DNA of 63,960 bases, counting the filler, from Dimargaris cristalligena (Eukaryota): NCBI GenBank assembly GCA_003614675.1. It is 2 parts of 2 records of this genome, joined end to end, with 100 filler letters (N's around TTAATTAATTAA, not from the genome) between each part and the next. Parts side by side here need not be neighbours in the genome. Positions count along the whole stretch, not along the records: positions 1 to 31,994 come from ML002430.1; 1 more part is not named here. One strand, given 5' to 3'. The notes beneath the pieces are model-generated. The model saw only the letters and a list, made by a program, of their open reading frames with translations. It was not told the DNA's origin and made no database searches. A program made the position numbers and the translations under genes. The first letter of the stretch is position 1; the number at the start of each line of letters is the position of its first letter. Shown in pieces: positions 1 to 11,916 of this stretch.

Positions 1-1490
1 AAAGGGAGAGAAGGTCCCAGAAAATTAGATAACTAAGCAGAGGGAAAGGGAGGGGAGTTCCCAGATAATAATATTAGTTATCACAAAGGATAGGTAATAC
101 TCAGGTAACCAATAAATTCAATGTGAAATAATAGAAGGGAAAAATAGAAAGGGAGAAAACTATTTTTAACTGTGCTTTGAATAGGGGTACAATCAGGCCA
201 GGGGCAGTGTGAATGCAGGGGTACAGTATGGTCAGGGGCAGGGGTGCATCATAGTCAAGGGTATAAAAATATACCAATAGAAAAAATACTATACTAATGG
301 AAATGGAGGAAAAATGACTATACTCATCAGGGGCATACTTCCGATAAGTGCAAAAAATAGATAAAAAATGAAAGCAGTTAAAAATGTGGTAAGTTTACTA
401 CATAAGGGAAGGGAAAAAAACTGGATATACTAGACAAAAAAGCTGCTTCATACCTTGTATATAAATATAATAATTAAATATTAATAGTCTGTATGTGTGG
501 CAATTAAGGGGACACCCCACCCTGCCATAGTGTCTTTGGGTTACATATCTACAGTCCTTTGTGGGTTGATAGCTTAGTCATCTATGGTCCTTTATGGGTA
601 GGGGTCCATTCCTTCCACAGTGCCTTATAGTCCTTTGTAAGGTGTGGGTGGGTCTATGGATGGTAGGGGTACAGAGGCTTTCCTTTGAGGGACCATTCAG
701 TTTAGCCCTCCCCCAGTGTCACCCAGGTTTACTACTCTTAGTCCATCAAGAGTCCTAGGGATAGGCTTCTAATGGTAGGTGGGGCTTAGACTTAGCCAAG
801 TGGGCTACTAGCATTAGGTATGGGGCACAGTACTAACCAATAAAAGCCTAAGTGATCAGTTATGCAAGGGATTTGCAGTGGGCACACTTACTGGTCAGTA
901 CAAAGGGGTAAGCATATATAGAGTTTATTGGGGTAAACTAGGGGGTAAGAATAAGCTGAGGAATTGAACTGATCCCAATGGGGCCAGTTATATATATGTG
1001 GGGGATGACTCCAAAGGGAGGTCCCCAGGGGAAGGTACTACTAAGACTAATGGTATGATAAATAAGCCAGCCAGATGGCCATGAGGACTTGGAAGACTTT
1101 ATTAGGAACTGGAAGCATTATTAGATCAGTATAGGAGTGATTAGTGTGAATTATGGAGTCTGGTAGGGGAACAGTTATACAATATAGGATGATCCCATAG
1201 TGCTGGGGGTGACCATGGGAAGGTTAATATGGTACCTATAAGGCATAATAAGGGCAGGCAATTGTTATGTCCAAATTAAGTTGGATTAGGAGGGCCAATA
1301 CTCCCAATTACAATATATAATTAGGCTAACCCCACACTTACCCTGGGCCATTTTATGCATCTTCTATTCACAGATTAGTATCTGTGCCCTAGCTTGGCTA
1401 TTCAGCTAGTGTAACTAACCATGTACCACATAGGGGGAAGTCACAATAAAGAATATTATGGATGTACAGGTATACTTTAAAGGTCCAAAA
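1..1490. repeat. CpG-depleted degenerate region, probable mutated repeat or transposon relic
   Basis: By eye only one CpG (342-343) in the first ~1490 nt despite abundant G and C. No ORF >=60 aa in the track. Short diverged direct repeats (547-566, 580-599, ~622-641). Element family not identifiable. Confidence 0.55.
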
Positions 1491-1975
1491 CTCGTGCAGC
1501 TATTGTAACTTTTAGTGACTGCCAAATTTTCAACTGACAGGTGAGGCTGTAGGGGGCTATACTGCTCCGGCATATTACCCACATGTGCCCATTGAATCCA
1601 TCAATTGTTAACCCTGGAGCTATAATACCGACGATTGTATTTCCTAACCTATCCTTGACTTAACTACACTGCCCCAACTACCCATGGATGTGGCAAAAGC
1701 ATCTGCATGATAATGCTGGTATAAAACCACAGTACCAGGGACTTTTTCCTGTACTAAGAGTATATAGGTAGCTAAATTGGTTGTTGTTATTTTATTAAAA
1801 TACGCAAAATAATTCCCAACAAACTAGGCACTGTAATAAATAGCATGGAGGAAGCCAAGTAGCCACGTGCTATTTGGCTGGTAAAGAAGTGTGCACTAAA
1901 ATTCTATATAAAGTAAAGGTGGGCTGGGCTAAGAGGCATCTCGGGGAAAAATGTGGTTAGAGGTTTACCCCATAT

Positions 1976-3457
1976 TTACAGGGCAGCCAACAGGCCCGAG
2001 GTCAGAAGGGTGGCGCCAAGGACAGTGTAACCAGTGGCATACACCCCCTTCAGGGTGAGAGCACTGGCGGTATCCCAGATCTATGTATTAGACAGACCAT
2101 TACAGGGCAGGGGTTGGATTGGATTGGACATAGTGCACAAATAGGAATAACACGCAATGAGTGAGTTAGCAACGGAGGCCAAACAATGGCGATGTATTAC
2201 CGTTACCAAGAATAACAACTGCCTATGACTGAGGTGTATCTAGGGCATGAATCCGCGGTAGAGGGAGGGAGGGAGGTGGTATGTTTGGGTGTTTTCCTGT
2301 GACATTAAATAGTAACCCACACACTCTCCCTTCCCCGCTATTCGGTTGACAGTTATCAATTACTTACCAGATGACGGATGCCGTTGTAGGCATGGAAGGT
2401 GAAGGGCAGGGTGATGAGGAGTTTGGCGGAGAACTTGGCGGCAGCCGGCAGAGCAGCGAAGGTGGAGATGATGGAGGCCGAGTCAAAGGGCATGCCCAGG
2501 ACGATAGGGGAGGCCACGTAGGCGATGGCACCACCATAGAGGCCTTTGAGCGGAACAGGGGGAAAGAGGGGACAAGGATAAAAAAAAATATATAAATATA
2601 TATATTATTACCTAGAATGCATCGCTGTTTCGTAGGGGAAATGGCCAAAACAGCCAAAATTGGAGGTCTATTAATAACCAGTGATGTTACAGCCGTATGC
2701 CAATAGGACAATGGATAGGGCATTGTGGGTGTGGAGTATTGATTCTAAAAAATACTTACCAGCAGCCAAAGCGGCGCCGGTGATACGGTGGAGGGACGAC
2801 AGATACCAGGTCAATTGAGGCTGGTAAATGGTAAGATCGGGGGAGAGGGGACGGTTGGCTCGGGCACGCTGGGCGATTTCAACCTGGCCTACAGCTTCGG
2901 AACTCGGGGCGGACTGTGAGCGCACGGCGGAGGTGGACATCACACTGTATTTCAATCCAATCGTAATAATAATAATAACCATTCAATTGTAGATTCATAG
3001 CCCGGACTTTTAGTAACCTGGTATTGCGGACATGCCAATTGACTTTGCAAGAAATCTATTCGGCGACCTAAATGTACGTTATCTAGGCAATTGCATGGAT
3101 GTTGGACTTACCGGGCAATTGATGTGGTGGAGGCGAAGAAGCTCTTGCGGGCCAGGGGAGAGTAGACGAGGAAACCTATCAATAGCAAGGATAATAATAT
3201 GGTTGCGGTGTTCACCGACCCAATAAGGGCAAATTATATATTGTATATAGGGGGGTTTGGAACGGGGGCAGGTTAGAAAACGGTAACTTTGCGTAGGTTG
3301 GCATGAGACCAGACTAGGCAACCAACTGGGGAGGGGGTGGGGGTCTAATCAACCCGACTGGCAGCCATTTCGACAGGCTCCGTAGTACATGGACAGTCAG
3401 TTAGTAGGACTTGGCCAACCGCCTACCTCGCTTAGTGGCAATGTTGAGGGCGCTCAT
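1976..3457 (-). CDS. SDH3: Succinate dehydrogenase cytochrome b560 subunit (SdhC), 5 exons, ~186 aa
   Basis: Exons 3457-3427, 3175-3112, 2944-2760, 2543-2368, 2080-1976, all GT..AG and phase-consistent. Motifs RPLSPDLTIYQPQLTWYLSSLHRITG and FHAYNGIRHL|IWD. Basic/Ser-rich presequence. Confidence 0.95.
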
Positions 3458-3767
3458 GGTGGGGTTGATAGTGTGGATCTTTGGTGACTGTGGGATACTA
3501 AAGGAATAGAGTTAAAGTATGCCTTTGGTTTAGCACGGCCTGAAAAACAAAAAGTAGAGATGCTAAAAGAATTGAAGGATATATAATATTCAGAGTGAAC
3601 ACACGAGTGGAATTAAGGCAATGTGAGTGGGTTTGTATTCTGGCAATAATGGTTTGGCCAGACTGCTTTATGGGGCTTATCTCTAACCATGTCTGGCGGA
3701 CTGACAACTGATACCCTCCTCCCCCCAGTTATTAAACCTTGGGGTGTTAGCGACCAGATTAGATGGT

Positions 3768-3780
3768 TCACGTGACCAAT
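3768..3780. promoter_or_regulatory. Palindromic E-box TCACGTGA directly followed by CCAAT in the divergent SDH3 / 4156-ORF intergenic region
   Basis: Sequence tcacgtgaccaat, motif match only. CCAAT boxes are typical of fungal respiratory genes. Confidence 0.3.
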
Positions 3781-4155
3781 AACAGCTGGGGTAGATAAGA
3801 GGGTGAGAAGCGGGGTTGGTTGTGTGTCATTTTAGGAGGGGAAGGAACAGACTAGACACATGGGAAAAATCTAAAGCAACATCGAGCAGGAATATCCCCA
3901 AGGCGGTCGGGCTTTGGGTGGACCAATAGGAAACGGCTTTACCATTATTGTTGTGACGGTCTCCATTTCCATCGCCAGGTCTGCCCATTGGCCATTGGAT
4001 CCGTGAAGGGAAACCACACCGATATTTTCAAATGCCAAATCCGGCAATAATGGTGATGGCTGATCAATAGTGGTGGGGAATAATAATGTCCAATTTCTCA
4101 CTCTGAACGACACCACCAAAGCACCTGAAGGAGGAAGGGGAAAGACCCGGACCAA

Positions 4156-5349
4156 ATGGCCCTTTCTGACCCTCATTCCACCTCTCACATTAGCCCAGCT
4201 TTATTATTATTTACAATACCCTCCTCCCTCTCATACGCTCTTTTCGGCATGCAGAAGACCCCGACTGTCGACCACTCCGACCTACTCCGCGTACCGGTGG
4301 ACTACGGCTCCACCTCGTTCGACGAAGCCGACAGCGCCGACGAATTCCACAGCGCTATGGGTGACTTGGACGACCGCGAGACCGAATACAGTTATTCCCC
4401 ACGTATCCAAAGCCCAATAACGGCCGCCTCGCCGTTCTGGTCTCCGACCCTTACCGTTCCGGTGGACGATATCCCGTACATCAACGCTCTCCACTCCACC
4501 AGCGTAAGCCCTAACCTTAGAGTACACCCAGGCCCCGAACCAGACCCTGAACCCGAACTCGAACTCGACCTGGGCCTAGACTTAGACCTGGACCTGGACC
4601 GGGACCGGGACTTTGACCATTCCTGCGTGGCGGCGGCTCCCGCGCCTCCCCGAACGCATTCGGGGCTTACTGCGGCCGCCCCCATGGCGGTTCCCCCCTT
4701 CTACCATTATCTCCGCGAGCGACTCCACCAATTATCCGAATGTGTCCACACCACCCAAAATCTCGTCGCCTCCCTCGAACATAACCTGGACTCCTCCCGA
4801 TTAACCACCACCACCACCGCTGTCCCTCACCCGTTCTATTCCAACCTCAACCCGGCCAATTGGTCCCCCCAGCGCATGTCCCGCATCATTCATTTAACCT
4901 CAGGGCCAACCGCCGCTGGCCCAGCATTTACCAAGACGACCTCGTCTTTCTCTGTAGCGGCGTGGTTCAACTACACCGCTTCCCCTCGCTCGTCCAAGAT
5001 CATACCCCTGACGCGCCCCACCAACGACCGCTGGCACCTGATTCCCGGCGGCCATTTGTGGCGCTGGCTCATTGCCCTGCCGACTCTACTGGCCACCCAA
5101 CGACAGCAAATTGCCGACCAGTTTGAGATTTTGAGCCCGCCTTTCCTGTTTGCCTTTTGTCAGTCCCTGGCGCGTTTGTTGATCAAAACAGCTACTAAAC
5201 TATGGAACCGGCTGGTCCAGTCCCGGTTTTGGTGGCTTCGGAGGATCCGCTGGCCTACCTTGGTGTACTGGCTGTTTATCTCCGCGTATTGGCAACTTAA
5301 TCTCGCCCAGATGTTTATCGACTTTGGCGCTCCGCTGGTCCTCAAATAG
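4156..5349 (+). CDS. Hypothetical protein with acidic FFAT-like N-terminus, short coiled coil and Trp-rich hydrophobic C-terminus (start may be ATG 4249)
   Basis: 397-codon intronless ORF with C-ending codon bias like neighbouring genes. No family recognised. Confidence 0.75.
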   Translation: MALSDPHSTSHISPALLLFTIPSSLSYALFGMQKTPTVDHSDLLRVPVDYGSTSFDEADSADEFHSAMGDLDDRETEYSYSPRIQSPITAASPFWSPTLTVPVDDIPYINALHSTSVSPNLRVHPGPEPDPEPELELDLGLDLDLDLDRDRDFDHSCVAAAPAPPRTHSGLTAAAPMAVPPFYHYLRERLHQLSECVHTTQNLVASLEHNLDSSRLTTTTTAVPHPFYSNLNPANWSPQRMSRIIHLTSGPTAAGPAFTKTTSSFSVAAWFNYTASPRSSKIIPLTRPTNDRWHLIPGGHLWRWLIALPTLLATQRQQIADQFEILSPPFLFAFCQSLARLLIKTATKLWNRLVQSRFWWLRRIRWPTLVYWLFISAYWQLNLAQMFIDFGAPLVLK

Positions 5350-6441
5350 ACCCGCTGTTCTTTCAATCGGCCAGACCACACACATAGAGCAACCCATTGG
5401 CCCGTTTCAAGGACTTTGTCCGATTAATAGTTTAAAAACAAATACATATATGTATATAGTACCCATAACTTGCCCATTTATCCTTCCGGTAATCACGGTA
5501 TATCTGCATATCGGTTGTATACCTGTTTTATGTTTGTTTGATATCTTTGCTTGGGAGGGGGGGGTGCTAGCCTTGCCATGGCCGCCTTCCCTTGCTTTGA
5601 ACCAAACAAATCCATCACCATGTGTCCATTTAGGACTCCATCATTTTTCTAGATATGGTGGCCCTCATGCACACTGGTTTATCTGTATATTTATATTTAA
5701 TAAAAGCTACCAGGACGGTCGATTTGTCGCCCTTCTACTGCCATCTATCCCGATTCTTATGAAACCCTCCTAATTAGGCAAATCAAAGTATATCCACTGT
5801 CAAAAAAAAATACCTCGTCGATTGTTAATCGATTACGGCTTTGCATGACCAAGTCAATGTGGATCGGTTGCCGTGGGGATGGGTAAATTGGGGTACTATT
5901 CCCTAGCGCTGCCCGCTCTATCTCAGGCGTGTGGTGGAAGTAGCCCAGCGCTTGATAAAATGGGACAGTTCTTCCGAGAGGTACCCACGTCCTTTTAAAC
6001 ATCGGGCGGGGTGGGAAGGCTTTTGTAGGTTCACCGTGTCTGATTAAATTGGCGATTAAATCCGCAAATGGGACAGCATGATGGTGTTTTACCGTGGTTC
6101 AGCTACTCTTCCCAACACGTTGTCATTGGCGTCTAGGGGAACCACGGCGGCTTCAACGATTCAGGGAATTTTCCCCTCTAAGTATATATAAACCCAGACG
6201 GTTTGCCGTCATTCTATGTTTTGACTTGCCGCTGGCTTCTCATGGCCAATGTGTCCCATTGACCCGCACTTGTTGATTATTTTACATATCCATTATCTAT
6301 ATAGTTCATCTAGCTAGCCTTATACCGATATACCCCTAACATTTTACCCTGTTCCTCACTATATTTTATAATCGTATCCTTTTAACCCCTCCCCCTCCCT
6401 TCCATTACCATTACCACTACCAATACCACTATTAACTTACC

Positions 6442-8902
6442 ATGGCCAATCGCACCCACCGCCTTAGTACCGACCTGGAGATTGTCAAGCGCAATGAGCT
6501 GGGCTGCCTTATCTACCCCTCCGTGGTCGATAATATATTCACCGCCTGCGCCGAACACCTGTCACCCAGCACCGCTCCGGGGTCTGGCGGAGGTGAAGGC
6601 TGGCCGATTCACATCACGCGTCTGTTCGGTCCTCTGCAGCGGCTCAACCCCCGCCGCATCAACCGAACCTTCGAACCCTTCGCCGGTCATTTCCACTACC
6701 TCGTGGACAGTCTCCAGGGCACCGTCGCACTCCTCCTCCTGCTGCTACCGGAAATGATCCACGTCATGACGAGCATGGTTCTCTTTGGTTCGAGTGCCCG
6801 CTTATCAGTGGCGGCGCGGCGCACCATTGACATGAAATTTCCGCAACTGCTCCACGGTTTATTGGCTTTGGCCATTTTGTGGAAGGAAATCTTTAGCTTG
6901 TGTGCCGTGGTAGTGCCTTCGGAACTGCATCGGTTGGTGCCTAAAGTGAATCAGCAGTTGGTCCACCTGCATCGTCAGGGGTTTGCCACACTGAATCAGG
7001 TCGGGCACGAATTTACTTTGTTGTGGTGCCGTTGGAGGTACCTCAACGACCCTCGTCAAATGGTGTCTATGGAACGCATGACTGAGAATCAGGTAAATGG
7101 CGAACTTCCGTATATTCAATTGGTGCCATTGTATAATGATGGCAATATATAATCATGGTATAATTTACATTGCGGAATATCACAACCCCAAGGCCAAAGT
7201 GTAGATAGCTAACCTATGTTTGTTTATTTTGACGATGCGGTGCGGTACGCCTAATTCGGCATCTATTCACTGGCGTAGACGACGTATCTAGGCATTTACA
7301 CCAAGTTGGAATCTGTCCTTAAGATCTTTATTCTTTCAATTAAAGCGGTTGATAGTGCCCGCTGTATCGGTAGGTATTAATGGCATCGTCTATTTAGAGT
7401 AAATACGATAAACACCGTGCCCACCCAATCTCATATAAGAAGATTGGTGGTCATTCTTATATGGGCGTACCAGTAATGGTTATGCCCATACTCCTTAATT
7501 TGACATCATTTGACCCGTTCTTTTACTGAATATATTTAATATTGGCCCAACTCGTTACCTTACAAAATATAGAGCAATGTCCGCCTCTGGTAAGTGAACT
7601 CTACTATAGGGGTATCCGCCGCCCCGCGCCTTCTACAAAGCCCGTCGCATAAACAAAACCAATAGGCTGGTTAGTTTACACTACTATGGTACCATTATTC
7701 GGCGTCTCCAGGCATAGGTCTCTAATACAAAATATAATATTGATATATTGAATTTTCATCTAATGGGGCGGTATTTATTTTTTTAAACAAAAAAAAACGT
7801 AAAGGCATTGGATTTGTTCATCCCCTTCGAAACCAACCCGCTGCTAAAGGACGGTACCCCGCTAGCTGCGAGTAGTCCCCAGCTACCCATCAGCCGGGAC
7901 CAATCGCACCCTTCGGTCAGTTTTGCGCCTAACCACCCGCACTACCGCCCCCCACCCCGAACGGCCCTATTTCCTGCCAAGCCCGCCTTGGAGCAGAGCA
8001 GCGGTACTGCGTCGCTCCGGGAGCTGATTCGTACGGCCAGTGTCCACCGCGGACCCAAAAACATGGGGTCCCATAAACTGACGCGCAAACGGCATATTTC
8101 TTTGCCGTTTTTAGGCCAGCATTTTCATACGCAGAGCGGGGGACCGCCGGTGGTGACGGCTGCAGCAGCAACGGCCGCTGGGGTGGCGGGGGTGACCCAG
8201 GGTTCGGCCCTGGGTATTACTTCCCTGGATTATCAGCACCCTAACGCCAGTACCGAAACTAATTTGTTCTCGAGTACCCAGGTCCAGCTTAGACAACGTA
8301 AAACGGCTACGGGGGGCAAGGTGGAACTAGGCGAGACGGCTAAAGCGGGGATCGCCAGTATTTTGATACCCACCTCACCGGGGTCCGAGCCCAAACGCAA
8401 GGCCTCCGTAGGTCACTTAAAGGCGGAAAGTAAAAAGGTCAGCGACCCTAGTGGTGGTGGTAATGGTGGTAGCACAACCGCCACGGTCAAGCCTTGGGTT
8501 CGCTTTAAGTCGTATTTACTGAAATGGACCCGCCGCAACCGCGATCCAGTCACTCCCCCGTCTACGCCACTCCCCGCGCAAAGGACAGGAATAGACGAGG
8601 ACCGGGAGGAAAATAGGATTACTGACGAAGTATACCCCACGACTGCCACTACGACCATCTCGACCTCCACCTCCTCCCCTTGCCCCTCGGGGTCCCCCAC
8701 CATTCCCGTCTTATCCAACTCCCCGCTGCTAGCACCCCTCCCGGTTCCTCCCCCCATTGGTTCGCTCACCACTGCCAGCGAGACGGAATGGGCCATTGTA
8801 AACCGCCCCGCGGAATCCAGCATGGCGAATTTATTGGCCCCCTACCACTCGGCGTTTGAATACCAAGCCCGACTGTTTAACGTGGGGGGGAAATCACCCT
8901 AA
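6442..8902 (+). CDS. Hypothetical protein, 4 exons, ~618 aa (helical N-terminal domain, disordered S/T/P-rich C-terminus)
   Basis: Exons 6442-7092, 7279-7369, 7573-7589, 7805-8902 join track ORFs 6442 and 7808 in frame with canonical splice sites. TATA-like tatatataaa at ~6183. Confidence 0.7.
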
Positions 8903-11900
8903 TCCGGATATCGGATGGCGACTGTCGGAGGTGACGGGATTTTTTTTCCGCAACCGCCCAATTTTTCTCCGGGACCAGCCACTTGTCCCTCCCTCCTGGC
9001 CCTCGCTCCATACAGGTTCGTTCGTCCTTATCTATTTTCTTGCGGAACAGAAGTAAAAAGAATACGCCATTCATGATCGAGGTATTTTAATGTGTATCAT
9101 CTCATTTGGATGAGGAGAGCGCATCGCCGATTTATTGGATACCCACGAAACTTACCATAGCATCCCCCTTTTTAGCCCACTCTTCCTCCGAAACGGCTTC
9201 GCCGATTGCAAATGACACTAACCACTTTAACAACCACTGTGAACCTACGCTTACACGTTGATATCCGCTTACTAAATGGTTGTTTTTTACGATGCTTTAT
9301 CGAGTTTTCTCCTCCTTTACGCCAATTACCACACGACATCTGTATTTTACCTGTTTCGCTTTATGGAGGGCGGCGTTACATCCCAACTTGGCTCTTGAAT
9401 TCCTTTTTTGCTTACTCTCTTGCAAATCTCGCCGAGTCTTGGCATTCTAATATTTTCTATTGGGATTGGGATTGCCATGTCCCCGCCGTATTCCACTTTC
9501 CGCCTTCACTCATATATTTTTTTTCAGCTTATTGCCTAAACCCGGTTTCTAAACCTGTACCGCAGTTTAGATAAAATACCTCACCGATCAGTGTAAGGAA
9601 CAGAATACTCTTCGTATACTATGGCGTGTTCACTGGCATTCACCACCGTTGCAGGTATTACTATATCAATAAAGTGGCATTATACAGTGACTATCTGCTG
9701 ACCTGGCCACCTTTCAGCAACTGTTGGCTAATCACCGGGTGAGTGGTGGGGGAGGAACGATAGGGATTTTCCTGAAATAATGGAGATGGTAACACAAAAG
9801 AATCAACCAACGGATTGGCCCAAATAAGAACCTTTTTGGTCACAGAAACTAATCGATATATTAGTAAGCACCTACCCTAGTTTGACCACGCTTCATGATT
9901 TTATTATTTTTTATTATCTGGTCCTGATTGCTGATTTGGGAGGGGTAAAAAGTACATGAACCGAGCCTACTGTCGCGGAGGGAAAAAATTGACTATGGTA
10001 ATGGAAAAGATTTCAATGGGAAAGCGATCTATGCAAAGGCTAGGGGCGGTCACGGAAGTCCACGGGGTTTGTGTTTCGGCGGCGACCGTCTGGAGGGAGG
10101 GTTGGGGGGAAAGGGTAGGGGTAGGGGGGGTAACATTTGGTAGTTGAACCATAATACCAAAAGTATACGTCACTGAGAAAAAGCGCGCATCCTCGACGAC
10201 TAACTATAACCGGTCTTTATAATCAGTAGCTTAAAAAAACCTGGCACTGTGTCAATCTCCGGCTTCACTGGTTTTCGACGTGGCTACAATAAGTAAATAT
10301 ATATATATGTTTAAAAAATTAGAGTACCCTGATGGTAGTAGTGCAACCAACAGGACGGGGCCAGCCACTGGGAGCTTAAGGCTGAAACCTGATTCCACCA
10401 ATGGGAGTGTCCCGCTACGTTCGTCACTTGCCAGATTAAAGGGTGATTGTCGAATGTGAATAGTTCCAAAACCCGTCCAATCAAGCGACTAAACGCACAA
10501 TAGTCAAGTAAAATCATTGGAATGATAGAAAGTGACCCTTAAAAGCCCATAATGTTTAGGTCGCGATAACATAATGTTGAGACTCTTGAAGAGTCCCCCC
10601 CTCACTCGACATCATACGTATGCGATATGGTTCTTACAGTTGGCCTGTAAGTTACAGTGGTAAGGGCCTAATCCCCAATTTACCCATCTACTGGATTGGC
10701 TTCAACAAAATGGGCAACTTTTATTCTAGGCTATGCGAGGACTATGGTCCGGGTTCTAGGAGTATGGAGGTGGATGATAAGTTATAATTACAATGAAGAG
10801 GCCTCACACGGTCGCAAGGGGCCACGAGAAAAATAAATAAAAAATGGTTCAAGACCCAAAGATGAGAAATGATGGATGGGGGGAAGGGGTGGTGAATAGG
10901 GGGGAAATAAATCCTGATCATGATGGTAGAATGCAGATATACAAAACAAACTAATGGATACTAGGAGAGGTTGGTAAAGTGATATTATAAAGCCACTCCC
11001 GCGGAAGGCAATCGCCCGACCCAAAGAAGGTGGAAATTGGTCACAGGCGCCCTAGTGGTCTTGGGGGAGGCATGGAAGACAACGTGGTGATGGTAGGGGG
11101 AAGGGGATCCCTTGCCTAGGCGGAGGAAGTGCGTAGGTGGGAACTGAAAGAGATACCCTCCCGCAGATATCCAGCAATATAAAATGGCCTAATAATGATA
11201 TGCCAAAAGGCAATACATACAAACAATGGCCGAGGTTTTTCTAAATAATAATATCCTGGGAGGAAGGTGAGAAAACACCTCCTCCACCCATTCCAAGGCC
11301 AATCAATCACAACAAAAAGCGGTAGAATGGCCCACAAGGGCAGTCGAAAACAGGTTATTGAGAGGATTAACCCCCTCTCACTTCACCCCCGTCTATCAAG
11401 TCAGAGTGAGACGAATAAAGAGAGGGAGGTGTAACTTGATTGGGATTAGTGTACGAACAAGGGATATTGAGTTTCAACAACCCCAAATGGTTAGTTAGTG
11501 GGTGTGGCCATATCAGCACCTCCCGGGCCACAGTGGGCGGGTCAGAGATCCGGACGGAGGGGCGCTTCATTCACTCTCCAGCGACTTCCTCCTAACTTCG
11601 CGACCCGCTGATGAATAGAGTAAGAGTAGTAGTGTGGAGCCTATCGCTGGCCGCGATTGGCGTATATTCCCCCAAACAATCGCGCGGCTGAGTCCAATGT
11701 CCGAACCAATAATCAGGGGTGACCTGGCCTAAAAAGTACAAGTTTGAGAAATAAAGGGAGTGAACCTAATAATTCCCAATAAAGCTAAGCCCACTAACTA
11801 CTATTCTCTGCCACCGAGTGGGTTGAAGTGGAGGGAGGGTGGGGGATACGCCCCGACTGAGTAGATGGGTGAGTAGTGGATGGAAAAGCAGCGCCCACTG

Positions 11901-11916
11901 CTGTTGTGGCCTTGAC

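Noticed and set aside
10201-10215. TAACTATAACCGGTC resembles the start of the I-CeuI/23S rRNA site
   Set aside because: Only ~10 nt exact match and no rRNA context.
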